A stretch of DNA of 64,000 bases from Chlorokybus atmophyticus (taxonomy: Eukaryota; Plantae; Mesostigma and Chlorokybus algae). The notes under the pieces were generated by a model, which was given only the letters and a program-made list of their open reading frames with translations, was not told the DNA's origin and did no database searches. Position numbers and translations under genes: made by a program. The stretch spans positions 205,439-269,438 of the forward strand of contig RHPI01003041.1 of the NCBI GenBank assembly GCA_009103225.1, given 5' to 3'. The first letter of the stretch is position 1; each line of letters begins with the position of its first letter. This document shows positions 36,001 through 48,500 of this stretch, one piece after another.

Positions 36001-37971
36001 GTCATAACATGCTTACCATCACTTGCCCGTATGTTATGATACGCGTTTCAACTTCTGGCGGCCGGGAAGCATACACCTGCAAGTTTACACGTGCGTGTGT
36101 GCGTGAGCCTGTGTGCATGCGTGCGTGCCTCTACGTGCGAGTTCGCATGCATAGGCACACGCTTGCAGGCATGTCTGGGCGTGTGTGTCATTGTGCATGC
36201 ACACGCACACCCAGACAACACTATCTGAGTGTCTGGTTTATTACCATACACGCACACACATGCACTCGCGTGCGTGCGAATATGCTTGCGCGTAACGCGC
36301 GCAAACTTATCAGTCAGTTGCACTTCACTAACACATCCCATACGCAAGCGCACCTCAATCTGAGCTTTGAACGGATTGGGCGGTATGTCTGCATTCGCAA
36401 TGCGTGTGCTGACATCCGGGTCTGCCCACCTCTTACCAGTGGCCGCATCATAAATGATAGGTACCACAACATCAGGTACATACGTGCTCCCGAGGGCGGC
36501 TGCAGGAAAGCTTGACGACGTGCCATAGAAAGTGCACACAGCCGTCACGTTGCGGGCGCTTGAGTCTGCTGAGGGAGGAGCGTCGAAGCCGATTACCACG
36601 GGAAGCGGGGATGTTGAGCGAAAGATGGACGCATACTGTGTGACAGGCAGCAGCGAGTTTGCATCCCACCTTGAAAACAACCAAATACATGCACCTTTGT
36701 ATGCATGGCCGCGTACATGCCCGCATGTGCACGTAGGAAAATGTGTGTCATGACAGTGCAATCCATGCATTCTGACCTTTGTGACATCGGCTTCAGCACG
36801 GAAGTACGTCTTGTTCGTTTTGGTCCACTCCATCCTTACGCGCATGACCTCAACACCTGTCCAAAAGCATCATATCAAACGCCAACCCCACCCATAAGCA
36901 CGAGCACGAGCACGAACACCCAGACAGGTAATGTGCATCTTACAAACAAACACCTTTAATGAACACAGCAACGGCGCGGTGGTACCCTTCTACATCTTCA
37001 GTCTGCATACTAAGTGCCAGCTTGATGCGCGACCAGGAAGTGGGGCAGTCTCCCGCAGTGGAGGCCGACGAAGGTGGTTGGAATGAGCCAGCTGAGTAGA
37101 AGCCGTTTGAGGTTGAGTTGACAGTTGTAATGCGAGCGATGGTCTGGTTGCATGAGGATACGCCGGAAGGCTCTGGAACCTTCACGAAGCCGGGAGTGAT
37201 CTGGGAAGCAAATGGATGTGAGACCCGAAGCGCATCAGATGCCTGATGGGATGCATGTATGCATTCAAGAATATGTGAGCTGAACTGTTAGTAGCGCGGA
37301 CGACAGAACGCGTTGGCATTGTGTTGGCATGTTGCACAGTTGCTGAGACATGCTGCACCAGCTTGCGACAGCATACAATTTGCTGCTGCTCACGGCGTAC
37401 ATTGGTGAAGTTGGAGGGGTCTGGCCAGGGCTCTGTTGTCGCCTGCGCCGCAGTGAACACCACAGCAGTAGCGGTCAGCACCAGCAACAGCACCATCATC
37501 GGCGCCGAGAACCACGTCCACCTCGCCATGACTGTTACTGGCGGCGGCGGCGTTGATACAGACAGCAGCAAAATCCTGCTTGAGCACCTTCTTTCTGACA
37601 CAACTACCGTGGATATTACTATTCATAATCATAATCATCAACTACAAAGTACGTTATCAAGCATCACGTGAAGCGCTGGATGGCATACATTTCAAGAAGA
37701 GCGGCGGATTCATTGTATAGTTCACCTGCGCCTGACAACAACTCTCTTGCTGAGCTAAGATAATACATTAAGATCTGGCCTCTACGGTAGGTACGGACAT
37801 GTTTTATAGCTACTCATTGGTGCTTTTGCTGAGGTGCCAGTTCTTGCGCGTGCGGTACGGCACGCTCGACAAGAGGGCGCGCCGCTTCGACATGCCTCGC
37901 GTGGCCGCTGCAACCACTTGCTGTCGGCTTGCACAAAGCAGTCTTTGGGAACCGGCGTCACAGCCGGGTCC
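29360..37971 (-). repeat. Right arm of the inverted segmental duplication
   Basis: See left arm. Holds the full CFAP57-like gene and PNGase-like copy 2, plus ~450 bp of shared upstream sequence. Confidence 0.85.
34747..37529 (-). CDS. Secreted PNGase A-like protein, copy 2, divergent
   Basis: Same eight-exon structure and signal peptide (MARWTWFSAPMMVLLLVLTATAVVF) as copy 1. Frame open to ...VSDNFIC*. Confidence 0.72.
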
Positions 37972-40577
37972 TCAAGACCACTGAGACCACTTGGTGCACA
38001 AGCAATTGACGACTTCACCACGTTCATCGAGGCATGATGTCTCGGACCGACGGGCCGCAGGCCGATGCTTTGGCGGTATTCATGATCACTGCCTGCAATG
38101 ACATCTGCGTCGGAGATTGTGCAACGGCTTCGCCCTGGCAACGGTCAACATTGCGGGTGCAGATGTCCCGGCGCATCAATGCATTACACAAGGCATGCAA
38201 CGTCCTTACGCCCTCACAATTCAATGTTGTAACCGGACGGGACATCTATCAAATTATCCTTTCAAGACCAACTTACGCTGATGCTCAGAGGAGCATTGTA
38301 GTCACAACAGACTAGGCCGGTCGCAACAATGGGTTAGGGAGGGGGTCCGTAACGACGGTTAGTCGTTGGGAGGTGATGGGAGAGGGTTGAAGGCGCCCTT
38401 TTAGGAAGGAACCTTGTTAGGCTTCATCTATAGGCCGCCGTTGAACCTTTGGGCTTTAATATGGAACCAATCAACTAAACCAAGTTACTAATTCTAAGTT
38501 AGAATATCAGTTTTTAATGTAGAACCAATAAAGATGTTTTTGCAGCTAAGCGCAAAACATAGCTAACCATTTACGGTAATGGCGGCGGTACTCAGTGAGC
38601 TTGTGATGGCGACAATGTGCTATAAAAGGGGTGATGGTGTTGTTGGTGAACAACATACACTAGCTAAGCGCACTTTGAGCATGCCAAATAGAGTTTTCAT
38701 CATGGGCAATGAGGATGTGTGTATGGTTGCAAGCTATAACACATTTGCTTTCTTTCAAGGACGCTGATGTGGGTAAGCACCATACATTAGCTAAGCACGC
38801 CGTTATCAGTATGCGCTGAGTTGCTGCGTGTGTGTGATGAAATGTCAAGCAATGTTGATCTCATCATCTGAGCCGAGATTATTAAGTTTGCAATTTATGG
38901 CGTTGCTGCGATGCTTTAGCGGTTTTGTAATTGCATTAGAGTTTGCATCGAGCTGCCCACAATGTGTGGCTTTCATTACGCGCTCAAGTGCTGCTTGCTT
39001 TGGCAAAAACACCAGCACTCTCAAGGAGTCTGTAGAATGTCGGCCTGACGCCGCAACTGCGACCGTAGCTTCCCACTTAAATCCTGTGCAAATAGCGATC
39101 GACGATTATAAGATCGAGGTTCATTCTCCACGAACCCCCTCTTATAGGTATAGTGATATTGATAGCTGGATTTGCAAGCCATAATGCTGCTCTTACGTCT
39201 GCTGCAGGCAAAGCTCATCACCTCCGTGTTTTATGGAGGCTATTGCGAACACGTCGTGTTATGCATGCGGCAGCAATTGCGCACTCAGGCACTGCTGTTA
39301 AACTGTCATTCACCACATCGTTGCAGTTTGTAAATGCCATTTGCAAGCTATTTGCTTGGCTTAACTAGTTAAGGTGAACATATTGAGAGGGGGGTAGATT
39401 GTTGCCATTTACATTTAATGTGCAAAGCCCCCCCCCCCCCNNNNNNNNNCCTCCATGGGGGGGTGGGGGGCGGGGGGTGGGTGGGGTGGTTATAATTCTC
39501 TAGCGGCGAGAGCAATGCATATGTAGGTAGTGTCCCAGACAAAGAGCGGACGCTGCTGGCTTGCAATGAACTCCCTATTTGCATGCTTCAGTGAGAGTCA
39601 TCGACAGCGAACAAGATTTGAGTGTTATTTTAGCGCCACACCAAAGCTAAACCCCTTCTTTCACGTGTCGATGCGCCTGTACGCACTTAAACAAAGGCAT
39701 GGACGCAACTCTTTTCCCTTCGCCAATTTCAACACTTGACACAACCTTTCATTTACAACGGGCTAGCATACGCATCTTTTTTGATAATATCACCTTTACG
39801 GTGGGCAACGCAAACACGAGTTGTAGTTGCTCACGTCAAACTTTCCACCAACTTGATTAAGTAAGCCAATGGGTTGGGCATACACTATATAGTCGCCCAT
39901 CTCGCAAGCTAATCGCTTGGGCTATTGCTGACCCGCAACAGCAGCCATGTGGCTCTCATGCACAAAAGCAAAGCGGAGGTAATGTTGTGGTTGCACCCGG
40001 ATGATATTAATTGTTGTTTGTAGTGAGATTGTTCAGTTATCCCTTGCGCTTATGATTAACAACGGCAATAATGATTGATCTTACCAACATGACATCACGT
40101 TAAAAGTTTTACAAGAATGTGATATGCACGAATGTGCGATGCACAAATGCAGCGATATCAAAAGTGGCTGTCGCCCATCGAAGCAGCAATGCGATATGGG
40201 TTTCCTCTACACAATTTAGAGCAAACACAAGCCGCAGTTTAACAGTCGGTCAGCAGGTAGAGTGTTACCGATCACGACATTGTGATCGCAATGTTGTTTT
40301 CTCGAGCATTGGTATTGTTGTGAGTTACACATTGCATATGTGACTACGTTGTACACAGAGGTATTGTTGCGTGTAATGTAGTCACTATAAGCAATTATAC
40401 TATTAAAGTGAAACCAATTTATGTTGAATAATACATCAAGCGCCAGTGTCACAGTAGGTTTACAAGCACATGGCTTGACGCTTGCAAACCATGTATGGGC
40501 TTTAAACACACTACGGATACACGCACGCACGCACGCACATACACACACATATGTGTGTATATATGTATACATATGGT

Positions 40578-40580
<3 letters not shown>

Positions 40581-40618
<38 letters not shown>
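40581..40618. repeat. (CT)n microsatellite
   Basis: CT dinucleotide run, preceded by (CA)/(TA) tracts. Confidence 0.95.
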
Positions 40619-40622
<4 letters not shown>

Positions 40623-43459
40623 CTGTTAACGGAAATATTCTCTTGGAGCAAAGTCTTAAGGAGGGTAGACTGTACAGACCAACAAAGTCACTTGTCCGTT
40701 CCGCACCGTACATGGTGCGGCCGGCATGAAGCATGTATGGTGCGTGATCCAGTATACCCCCACTAAGAGACCTCGCTTTAAGATAATAACCCTGCTACCA
40801 GCGTAGAATATGAGATTATCAAATGTTTTACACACAAACATTGATGCCTCCGAGAATATGCTGAACCGCGAAGAGCATAAATTCTTAACGCAAAAAGCAT
40901 TACCCCGCCAAAAGCATAAGATGTTCAAGGATAAGCAACATATATACTTTTAGCGAGGGTAGATTGAAGGTCGCGCGTTCGCGCTGGCGGGACCAATGAC
41001 GATTGGAATATAATAACATCATGAGTTGGCTTGCTGGCCGGCCCATACCATGATATATGATAAGCGACCCCGAAAAACACAGCTGATTTGAAAGAAGCCT
41101 TATCGTTTTTTGAGTGACATGGCTAATTGGGGGGGCATTTTGCTGGGGTAGGTGCATGCTTTTATTTCGATCAATAGATTTTACTGCTATTATTAGGCGG
41201 CATATCACCTACGGTAGATGATATGCAGCCTAGCTAACCAACCGCAAGAAGCATGCACAAACACAACATTGTTGGCAAGCGCAGCAACACAACAACACGA
41301 GCAAATGCAAGCCTTTCAACTCCACCTGGGGTGGGAGTTGAAAAACAACAATTCATATGATAAGTAGAGTAGAGTCAATAAGCATCTTCAGTATTCAATA
41401 AAACAGGTTGTCTTAATGGTATAGTGGCCCATTATACCACTATGAGTATGAGACGTGGTCAGCATGGTTGTTACAATCATCGCAATGTTTTCACGGCTCT
41501 CGAGTGTTCGTGCACGAGAAAAGTGGGTACCGAGTGGTCAAACTAGCAGATTAGAAGCTTAAGGCAAAGTAAGCGCAAAACTTCGTCAGAATATTATACC
41601 ACTATTATCATCATCCCGCGATGAAAAGCACGACCACCATAACATGCACCAGACCTATAGGACATGATCTTGATCAAAAGGTCGCTGCTTTGCGCTTGCC
41701 TGCAACGGGAGGCATAAATGAATGCAATGACAACAAATTGAACAAATCTACCATATAACTTAACAGCGCTGCAACCGAAGATAACAATTTGCTTGAGTTG
41801 AAGGAAAGGCCCGAGCAGTTGATGTTGATATAATTGATATAATTGCCGGCAATTATTTCAACATCAACATAACATCAATGTTAACGGCGCCACCAACATG
41901 AATGTTATCATGCTCACTGCGCATGGTATGATGATCGGGCATGGTAACATGAGCAGGAGCACGGCCAGCTGCACTAACTACAATGAGAACAAACCAAGTT
42001 AGTAACAATGACGGTCAGCATGATTAACGTAGCACTTGCCATTGCTGGCAACGCAAGCATCAACAAAGTGTTCGTTAGATGGTGTGGACAGCTCCAAACA
42101 AACAATACAAAACGCTAATTTATACAATGTAATTAACTAATTTGGCAATTTGGTAAGCAATTATTAGCAATGTGCACAAGGCACATACCATTGGGAGTGG
42201 GTGCGCCGTTACAAACAGCGCGAACCACCAGCTAACCTCCTGAGAATAATGATAACACTTGACCACCAGAAGACCACCACAACTAACAACAGCCGACAGT
42301 GACACACTGCGCTCACCAGCAGCAAAGGTGCAAGGACAATGGTTTAACCAAGTTGCCATCGGTCACATGAGGCAGCGAAGGAAGGTGCGGAGGTGATGGA
42401 AGAGGAGGCATAGGCAGCGGAGGAGGTGAAGTTCATCGAGGCATGTTACTCACATTTGGACGGTAGCGTATGAGGTAGTTGCAAGATAAGTCTGCTGTCC
42501 ATCGCTTTTCGAGGGCTGCGCTCGACGCGAAACATACCCTCGAGCATAGCGAGAGTCTCTATAGCTATGCATCTCATTGACCTTCCTCAAGACCTCCATT
42601 AATTTAATCGTATCATATACATGATATCTTATACTTTTGAAACAGGATATCAAATATTTCTTCATCGTTTCGTCCCGTTGTTAACTTACTGCATTCCAAC
42701 ATATCATCGCCAAGAAAGACATTCGATCTATACTGCACCCGCTGTGTAGGAAAAGATTGGTGAAGTTCTCATACTGTAACAGATAGGGGGGGTGGGGGTG
42801 GGGGGGGTGGGGGGATGGGGCATACATGAGACATGTAGCTCCCCCTATGGCAGCGACTTTTGCTGCCATAGCCTAGTGGTTAAGGCGCCGATGTTACACA
42901 TCCTGCGGAGTGTCTTGCTCTTGAATTAAAGAGATTATATATGGTAAGGATTCTGAGAAACGTGTCTCTTACAAGGCGAAATCTCTTATTCGAAGGTCTT
43001 TAATGGAGAGGTTGTACAATAGTAATACCGTAGTGCCAGGTATTGACGTTTGCATCGCATACGAAGTTTTTCAGTTTCATGTATTTTTGTTCACATGCAT
43101 GTATAGGCTATATCAGCATTATGTCGTATTCCGAGTACGAGTGTTCAGATGTATAACATGTTACAGCATCACATAACATCACGCAGTGTAAATTGCGTGA
43201 TGCTTGTGAGGCAACCTTGATATAAGCGCTTGTCTTCTCTTACACGAGGAAAGGGACCCTTCTTGTGCGAGGAAAAATGCAGGAAACAAACTTGTCTCTT
43301 AGTACGAGGTCAAACGGTTTTAAAGTTTAGTTGACCGATTTCTGCTGTCGTCTACACGGCGTCACGTCGCGACACGACTCTCTTGTCATCGTCATGATCG
43401 CGGGCGTGGATGGCCAGGGGTATAGCTAGAGGGTCTCCGCTGGGCCTGAGAAAGTAGTA

Positions 43460-44470
43460 GTGTGTGACGCCTCCGACAGTTCTGGTAAGGCGTGTTTGAT
43501 TTTTGCGTGCGTATATTGTCCCCCTGTTTGTTCACGGCTGCGCTACTTTCTGCACTGGCCATATATCAAGCATGCACATGTGTGGTTGCCAGAATCGCCT
43601 CGATGGCTTGTAGAAGCTACCGACCGAGTTTGTACCAAGCTGGACAGAATGCATGGGAAGCTTCAAGCCATCAATGCCAAGGCGGAGTCAACTCGCCTCC
43701 ATCTGATATCTATCAGCACTGCCTTGAAGCTTCAGCGTCGCGACATGCAAGCACTCCACACCCACATGGGAGCCACTGTTGATACTATGAGAAGACTCAA
43801 TGCTGAATATGCGGCGTTGGATGGCCATCTCCCCAAAGCCACGGATGTCATCAGGGAGAGGATCCGCCAGCGAAAACAACTCAGAGCCACCAGCAACGCG
43901 CGTAAGTATGTAAATGCTTAGGGTATCTCTAACACATTGGTTGATGTGCAGTGTTGTCTCACAGGCTGGTTGCATACTTTTGTGTACTTGTGCTTACTTG
44001 TGCTTGTGATGCCCAGAGATTCATGAGTTTGGTTAACTGATTCCGGGCATCGATATCCGCGAGAGGGATCTGAGTGTGGCGGCACAGTTCTTCAGGTGGA
44101 ACTTCCATTCAGGATGTTGGGCGCATGAAAACAGGAACAGCCATGTAAGACGATGCTTGTTCCTGGAGCGGTGCATTTGTCGAGTGCGTCGTACTGCATT
44201 GTCATCATCATCTGCGGAGGGGACCACACCTCTCTCAGGCATGCACCATGTGCAACATCCCGCCCTCAACTGTCATGAAGGTACAAGATACAGACAGTCC
44301 ACATTGCGGCAGCTGCCATGACACTTGGACACAACTTGCCTTGTGTTGTCAGCAAGCGTGTCAGAGCGCAGCTGGCAGGAAGTCAGACTACGACGCGGTT
44401 TGTCGGCTCGAAGGAGGCTTTGGGTATGAACTTCTGGCTGGTCAGGGGATCAACAGAGCAGTGTTGGTTT
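43460..44470 (+). CDS. Possible spliced gene of unknown function with a coiled-coil exon
   Basis: GT-AG-bounded exon ESPRWLVEATDRVCTKLDRMHGKLQAINAKAEST...RQRKQLRATSNAR and further small exon-like segments. No start codon or family recognised. Confidence 0.3.
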
Positions 44471-45563
44471 CGCTGGACTCAATGTGTTCATTGTGTTGGC
44501 TACTACTGTTGGGACAATCACTCTCTGTTACATAACTCTAGTGGGAGTGTACGAGTGCCCCTGAACCTTGATGCGGGGATATCCAAGGACAGCTGGAGCT
44601 CTTGCTCACAAGATGGAGATTGCGCATCGTCTGTAGTATTGTGTTGCTGGCATGCAGAAGTCAGTATTTTGCTCTTACTGCAGGCAACAAGTACCCCCAG
44701 TGTTTGCTGTCATGGTGTGTGAGTGAGCATCTCACCTGCACGTGGACTGGCCTTGTTGTTTGTTGGACTGGGATGCGGGGACCCTCCAGAACACGGTCGC
44801 TTTGGCGTTGGTAATGTTGGTAAGTGCCCAATCTGCATGTCCGCTCGCCTGAGCATCGGCTGATGTTGAGCAACTTGGTAAGCAGCCACACGCATACACG
44901 CGCCTTAGCGCCAAGAGCGTGAGCTGGCGCCTAAGTCCATGCCAGACAGTGAAATGGCAAAGGGATTGCCGTTGATGCGATGTTGGCAAACAACGCGGCT
45001 TGCAGCTCTAGCTGGTAGTGTCATGTTGGCATGATAACAGATGACAACAAGAACAACATCATCAGCTTCATAATCAGATGTCCATGGACACCTGGGCACC
45101 AGTGCTGGACTCCGAGTAGCGTGGGGATGCGAGTGGATGCGTGTCGGCGATGTCGCTGCTGTTGTTATTGTTGTTATTGTGTGTGTCGTCGGTGATAAGC
45201 TGGGTGGCGTTGGTGCCCACGGGTTTGGCGATACTCGCAAGTGCACGTCACCAAAGGACTGGTGCTCGGGATCTGAGAGCAACCGCATTAAACTCATGTG
45301 ATTACATGTCATATAAGCATCGTGCTGTGTGCAAGTATACGCACATGTTCAGCAACATGTCGGCTTCATGTCAACACGCTTATCATGCAACCCACGGTGC
45401 ACGATTGGTATGTCAATAAGGTAAACTCGATATAGTTAATTATGCACACATGCATGTTCAGGCGCGTACACATGCATGTGCAGGCGCGTACATACGCACT
45501 GCGCAGGCATGCACACGGAGAGAGACAAGCCTAACAACACATTCCTCGCAACATAATGTATCA

Positions 45564-48500
45564 TCATCGCTCCCACTTTATGTCCCGTGCCACAAGGGAC
45601 CTTAGCCGCTCTGATGCCTGCTGCTGTTGCCCAACTATAGCATTACATTTGCTGGCTGCAAGTTGCGAGAGAGGTGCGGGAGAGCACGCGATGCTCGCTT
45701 TGGGCGGGGGGTCCACGCGCCAACGCCTTTCGTCAACCTGTGAGGGCATTACATAGTGTTGATAAGTTGAAGTTGCACACACGAGTAGCTGGGGAAGACA
45801 AACAATGAGGTGACAGTGAGAGGGGCTTACCATGTTGATGAGATGACGCAAGAGTGGCACCGATGACAGCGTCCGACATGAGCCAATCAACACCAGCTTG
45901 TACTGCATCACAGTGTGTCACAACATGTGGGGATTGGTGCGTGCGCGTGCGCATACGTGTGTGCATGCACATGTGTTTGTGCGCGAGCGTGTGCGCGAAC
46001 TTGCGTGTGTAAAAGTCGATACCGCACACACAGCACTATCTTACAGTGCAGCTGTCTAACACACCACAGTCCAGCACAGCATTTTGCACTGCTAGTTGTG
46101 GTCTATTGGCTCAATGTGTACCTTTGCGCGCGTGATGGCGACATTGATGCGTCGCCAGTCTTCGAGCAGGGATCCCGCAACACCCGCCTCGTTGGACCGC
46201 ACAAACGACACGACCACGCACTCCTTGTCGCGGCCCTGGTACTTGTCGATGGTGTGGCACTCTATGTTGTTGAGGAGGAGGCCGCCGCCGTCCCCTGCGC
46301 CCTTGAGAACACGCTGGATGCGGGCAACTTGTGCGCGGTACGGGGAGATCACACCCACGCTAGAAGCACACGCACCCGAACCCACCAACGCACTCACCAC
46401 CTGCACATGCCCAAACCCAACTAAAGCATTGAACATGATAACAGTACTGTTAGCTTGCTGCGTGCATGCGTGCGTGCGCGCGCGCGCGAGTACGCGTGCA
46501 TGCGTGTGTGTGTGCATGTGTGCATTCAGAACCTGTACCTTAAGAACTATAGTGGCTTCGCCCTCGTTGCGCAGTATGTCTGCTGTTCGTGACTCTGGTG
46601 CCGGCACGCTATCCGTGTTGAGGAAAACCACGCGACTCAATGGGTCCAACACCTGTGCGCGCAGACAAGGCGAACCCACATTGTCAGCAGTTGTTTCTGT
46701 GTGCGCAATGAGTCATCGAGCAGTACCTGCGTGAGCCAATTGCGGTCGGCTGACGGGAGTGAGAGCGCGTGCGAGGTGAGGGTAGGCAGTGCGAGCGTGC
46801 CGGACGCGACGGTGTGAGACCCACAACGCAGCCGCCCCGCGTAGATCAACTCGCTGCTTAGCAGCATGATGTCCGCCGCCATCCGATACTGCATCAAGTA
46901 CACACATGTGTCCACACAAGTGCGTGCGCGCATACATGCACACACACACATACGCACGCACGCGCCTGCATACCCATGAGCGCTCAGAAACACACATATG
47001 AGGTCATGCATGCGCCACTCATGTCACATAGCACATCAACACTGGCCCTGGTTGTACCTGGCACTCAAGCCCGACGACAGACTGCGGGTGCGCTTCCGAA
47101 AGCCTCCTGAAGAGGCTTGTGGCCATCCCGCCCTCGCGCGCTTGCGGGTCCTGCAGGCCAAAAGCAAGTTCGTATTATCTGCATCGTTGCAAGAGTATGC
47201 AAGAGAGCGTGCCAACATTTCACTCTATATGCATACCTTCACGAGGGGAGGGAGTTGGTAGTGATCACCAACGAGTACAAATGCATCAGCGTAGCGCAGC
47301 GGACCCAAACATACAGGCAGCGTGATCTGCGAGGCCTCGTCCACGATGCACACGTCGAACTTGCGCTTGGAGAACAACGGGTGGGTGATGCCCAAACACG
47401 TGCACGCCACCACGTGCGCACGCCCCACAGCAGCCTCCAATGCCGCCACAGACTCCGACACACCTGTGATTGATTCATATGAGCGTCTCAACACACACAA
47501 CACAACACAACACAACAACTCAACAGCAACAGAACAATATACTCACATACCAACATGTCAGCAACAAAACAGTACACCCACCCGCATACCAACATGAGTG
47601 ATGATATGATCTCAACTGCAGTCATTCCCACCTGCTAGTGTGTGTGTTTGCAGGTCCGGATGCACCATGTTTGCGCGTCCGACGCGCAGGAAGTCCACGT
47701 TGAGTCGCTTGAGCTTGAGTAGGACATTGTCGACGGCGGTGTTGGTGTAGCTGGTGAGCAGCACGGACTTGCCGCGGGCAAGCAGAGCGCGCACGCACTC
47801 GACTATCGTCGTCGTCTTGCCCGTACCCGGCATACCCAGTATCAGCGCGTAATCCCTCGCACTCAACACCTATCAACAATGGCTTTGTCAGTGGTGTGTC
47901 ACACGCACATACCAACGCGAGCGCATACGCACATGCACAAGCGCATGCACGCACGCACACACGGGCACACACATACGCTGCGTACGCAGGAACACGCGCA
48001 CGCACGGGCCCTTACACACACGCACACACTGTTTACATTGTTGTGTGTGTTCTTGAGACCACACTCACCTTCGCCACAGCACTGCGCTGGTCCTCATTCA
48101 AGGCCATGTTGTTGTACCCTCCATCATTCCCAACAGCATCAAATCCCGGTGTCTCAAGATCCACCACGAGCCTCCTCCTCTTCGCATCCCCCCCGTGCTC
48201 CCCCGCCACAAACAACTTCACCAAGTTTGCCCTCATAAGCGCGAGGTGCGAGGCGGTCTCATCGCGGTCGAGGCGCCAGCGCTCGGAGAGGAGAAGGGAG
48301 TGTTGGGTTGCGGGTGGGTGGGTGTGGTTGGGTGTGTGGGAGGGAAGGGGAGGGAGACGCAGACGCTTGCGGAGAGATAAGGTGATGGTGCTTTGGGTCA
48401 GGGAGGTGATTGTGCCGCTCGCGACGGCTGGCAAACCGCTCTCCGTGCTCAGAACCTGTGGGTGATGTCAGATCCACGTACAGGTGCACACGAATGCTCT

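Noticed and set aside
42845-42903. tRNA gene or circularly permuted tRNA (GCTGCCATAGCCTAGTGGTTAAGGC with an upstream complementary TGGCAGC)
   Set aside because: A D-arm/A-box and a 10-bp hairpin are present, but the anticodon stem is weak and no T-arm/B-box (GTTC) exists on either side. At most a tRNA-derived fragment.
38300-43300. Coding or mobile elements in the AT-richer spacer, including a hairpin at ~41417-41439
   Set aside because: No convincing ORF, terminal repeats or Helitron end could be supported by eye.
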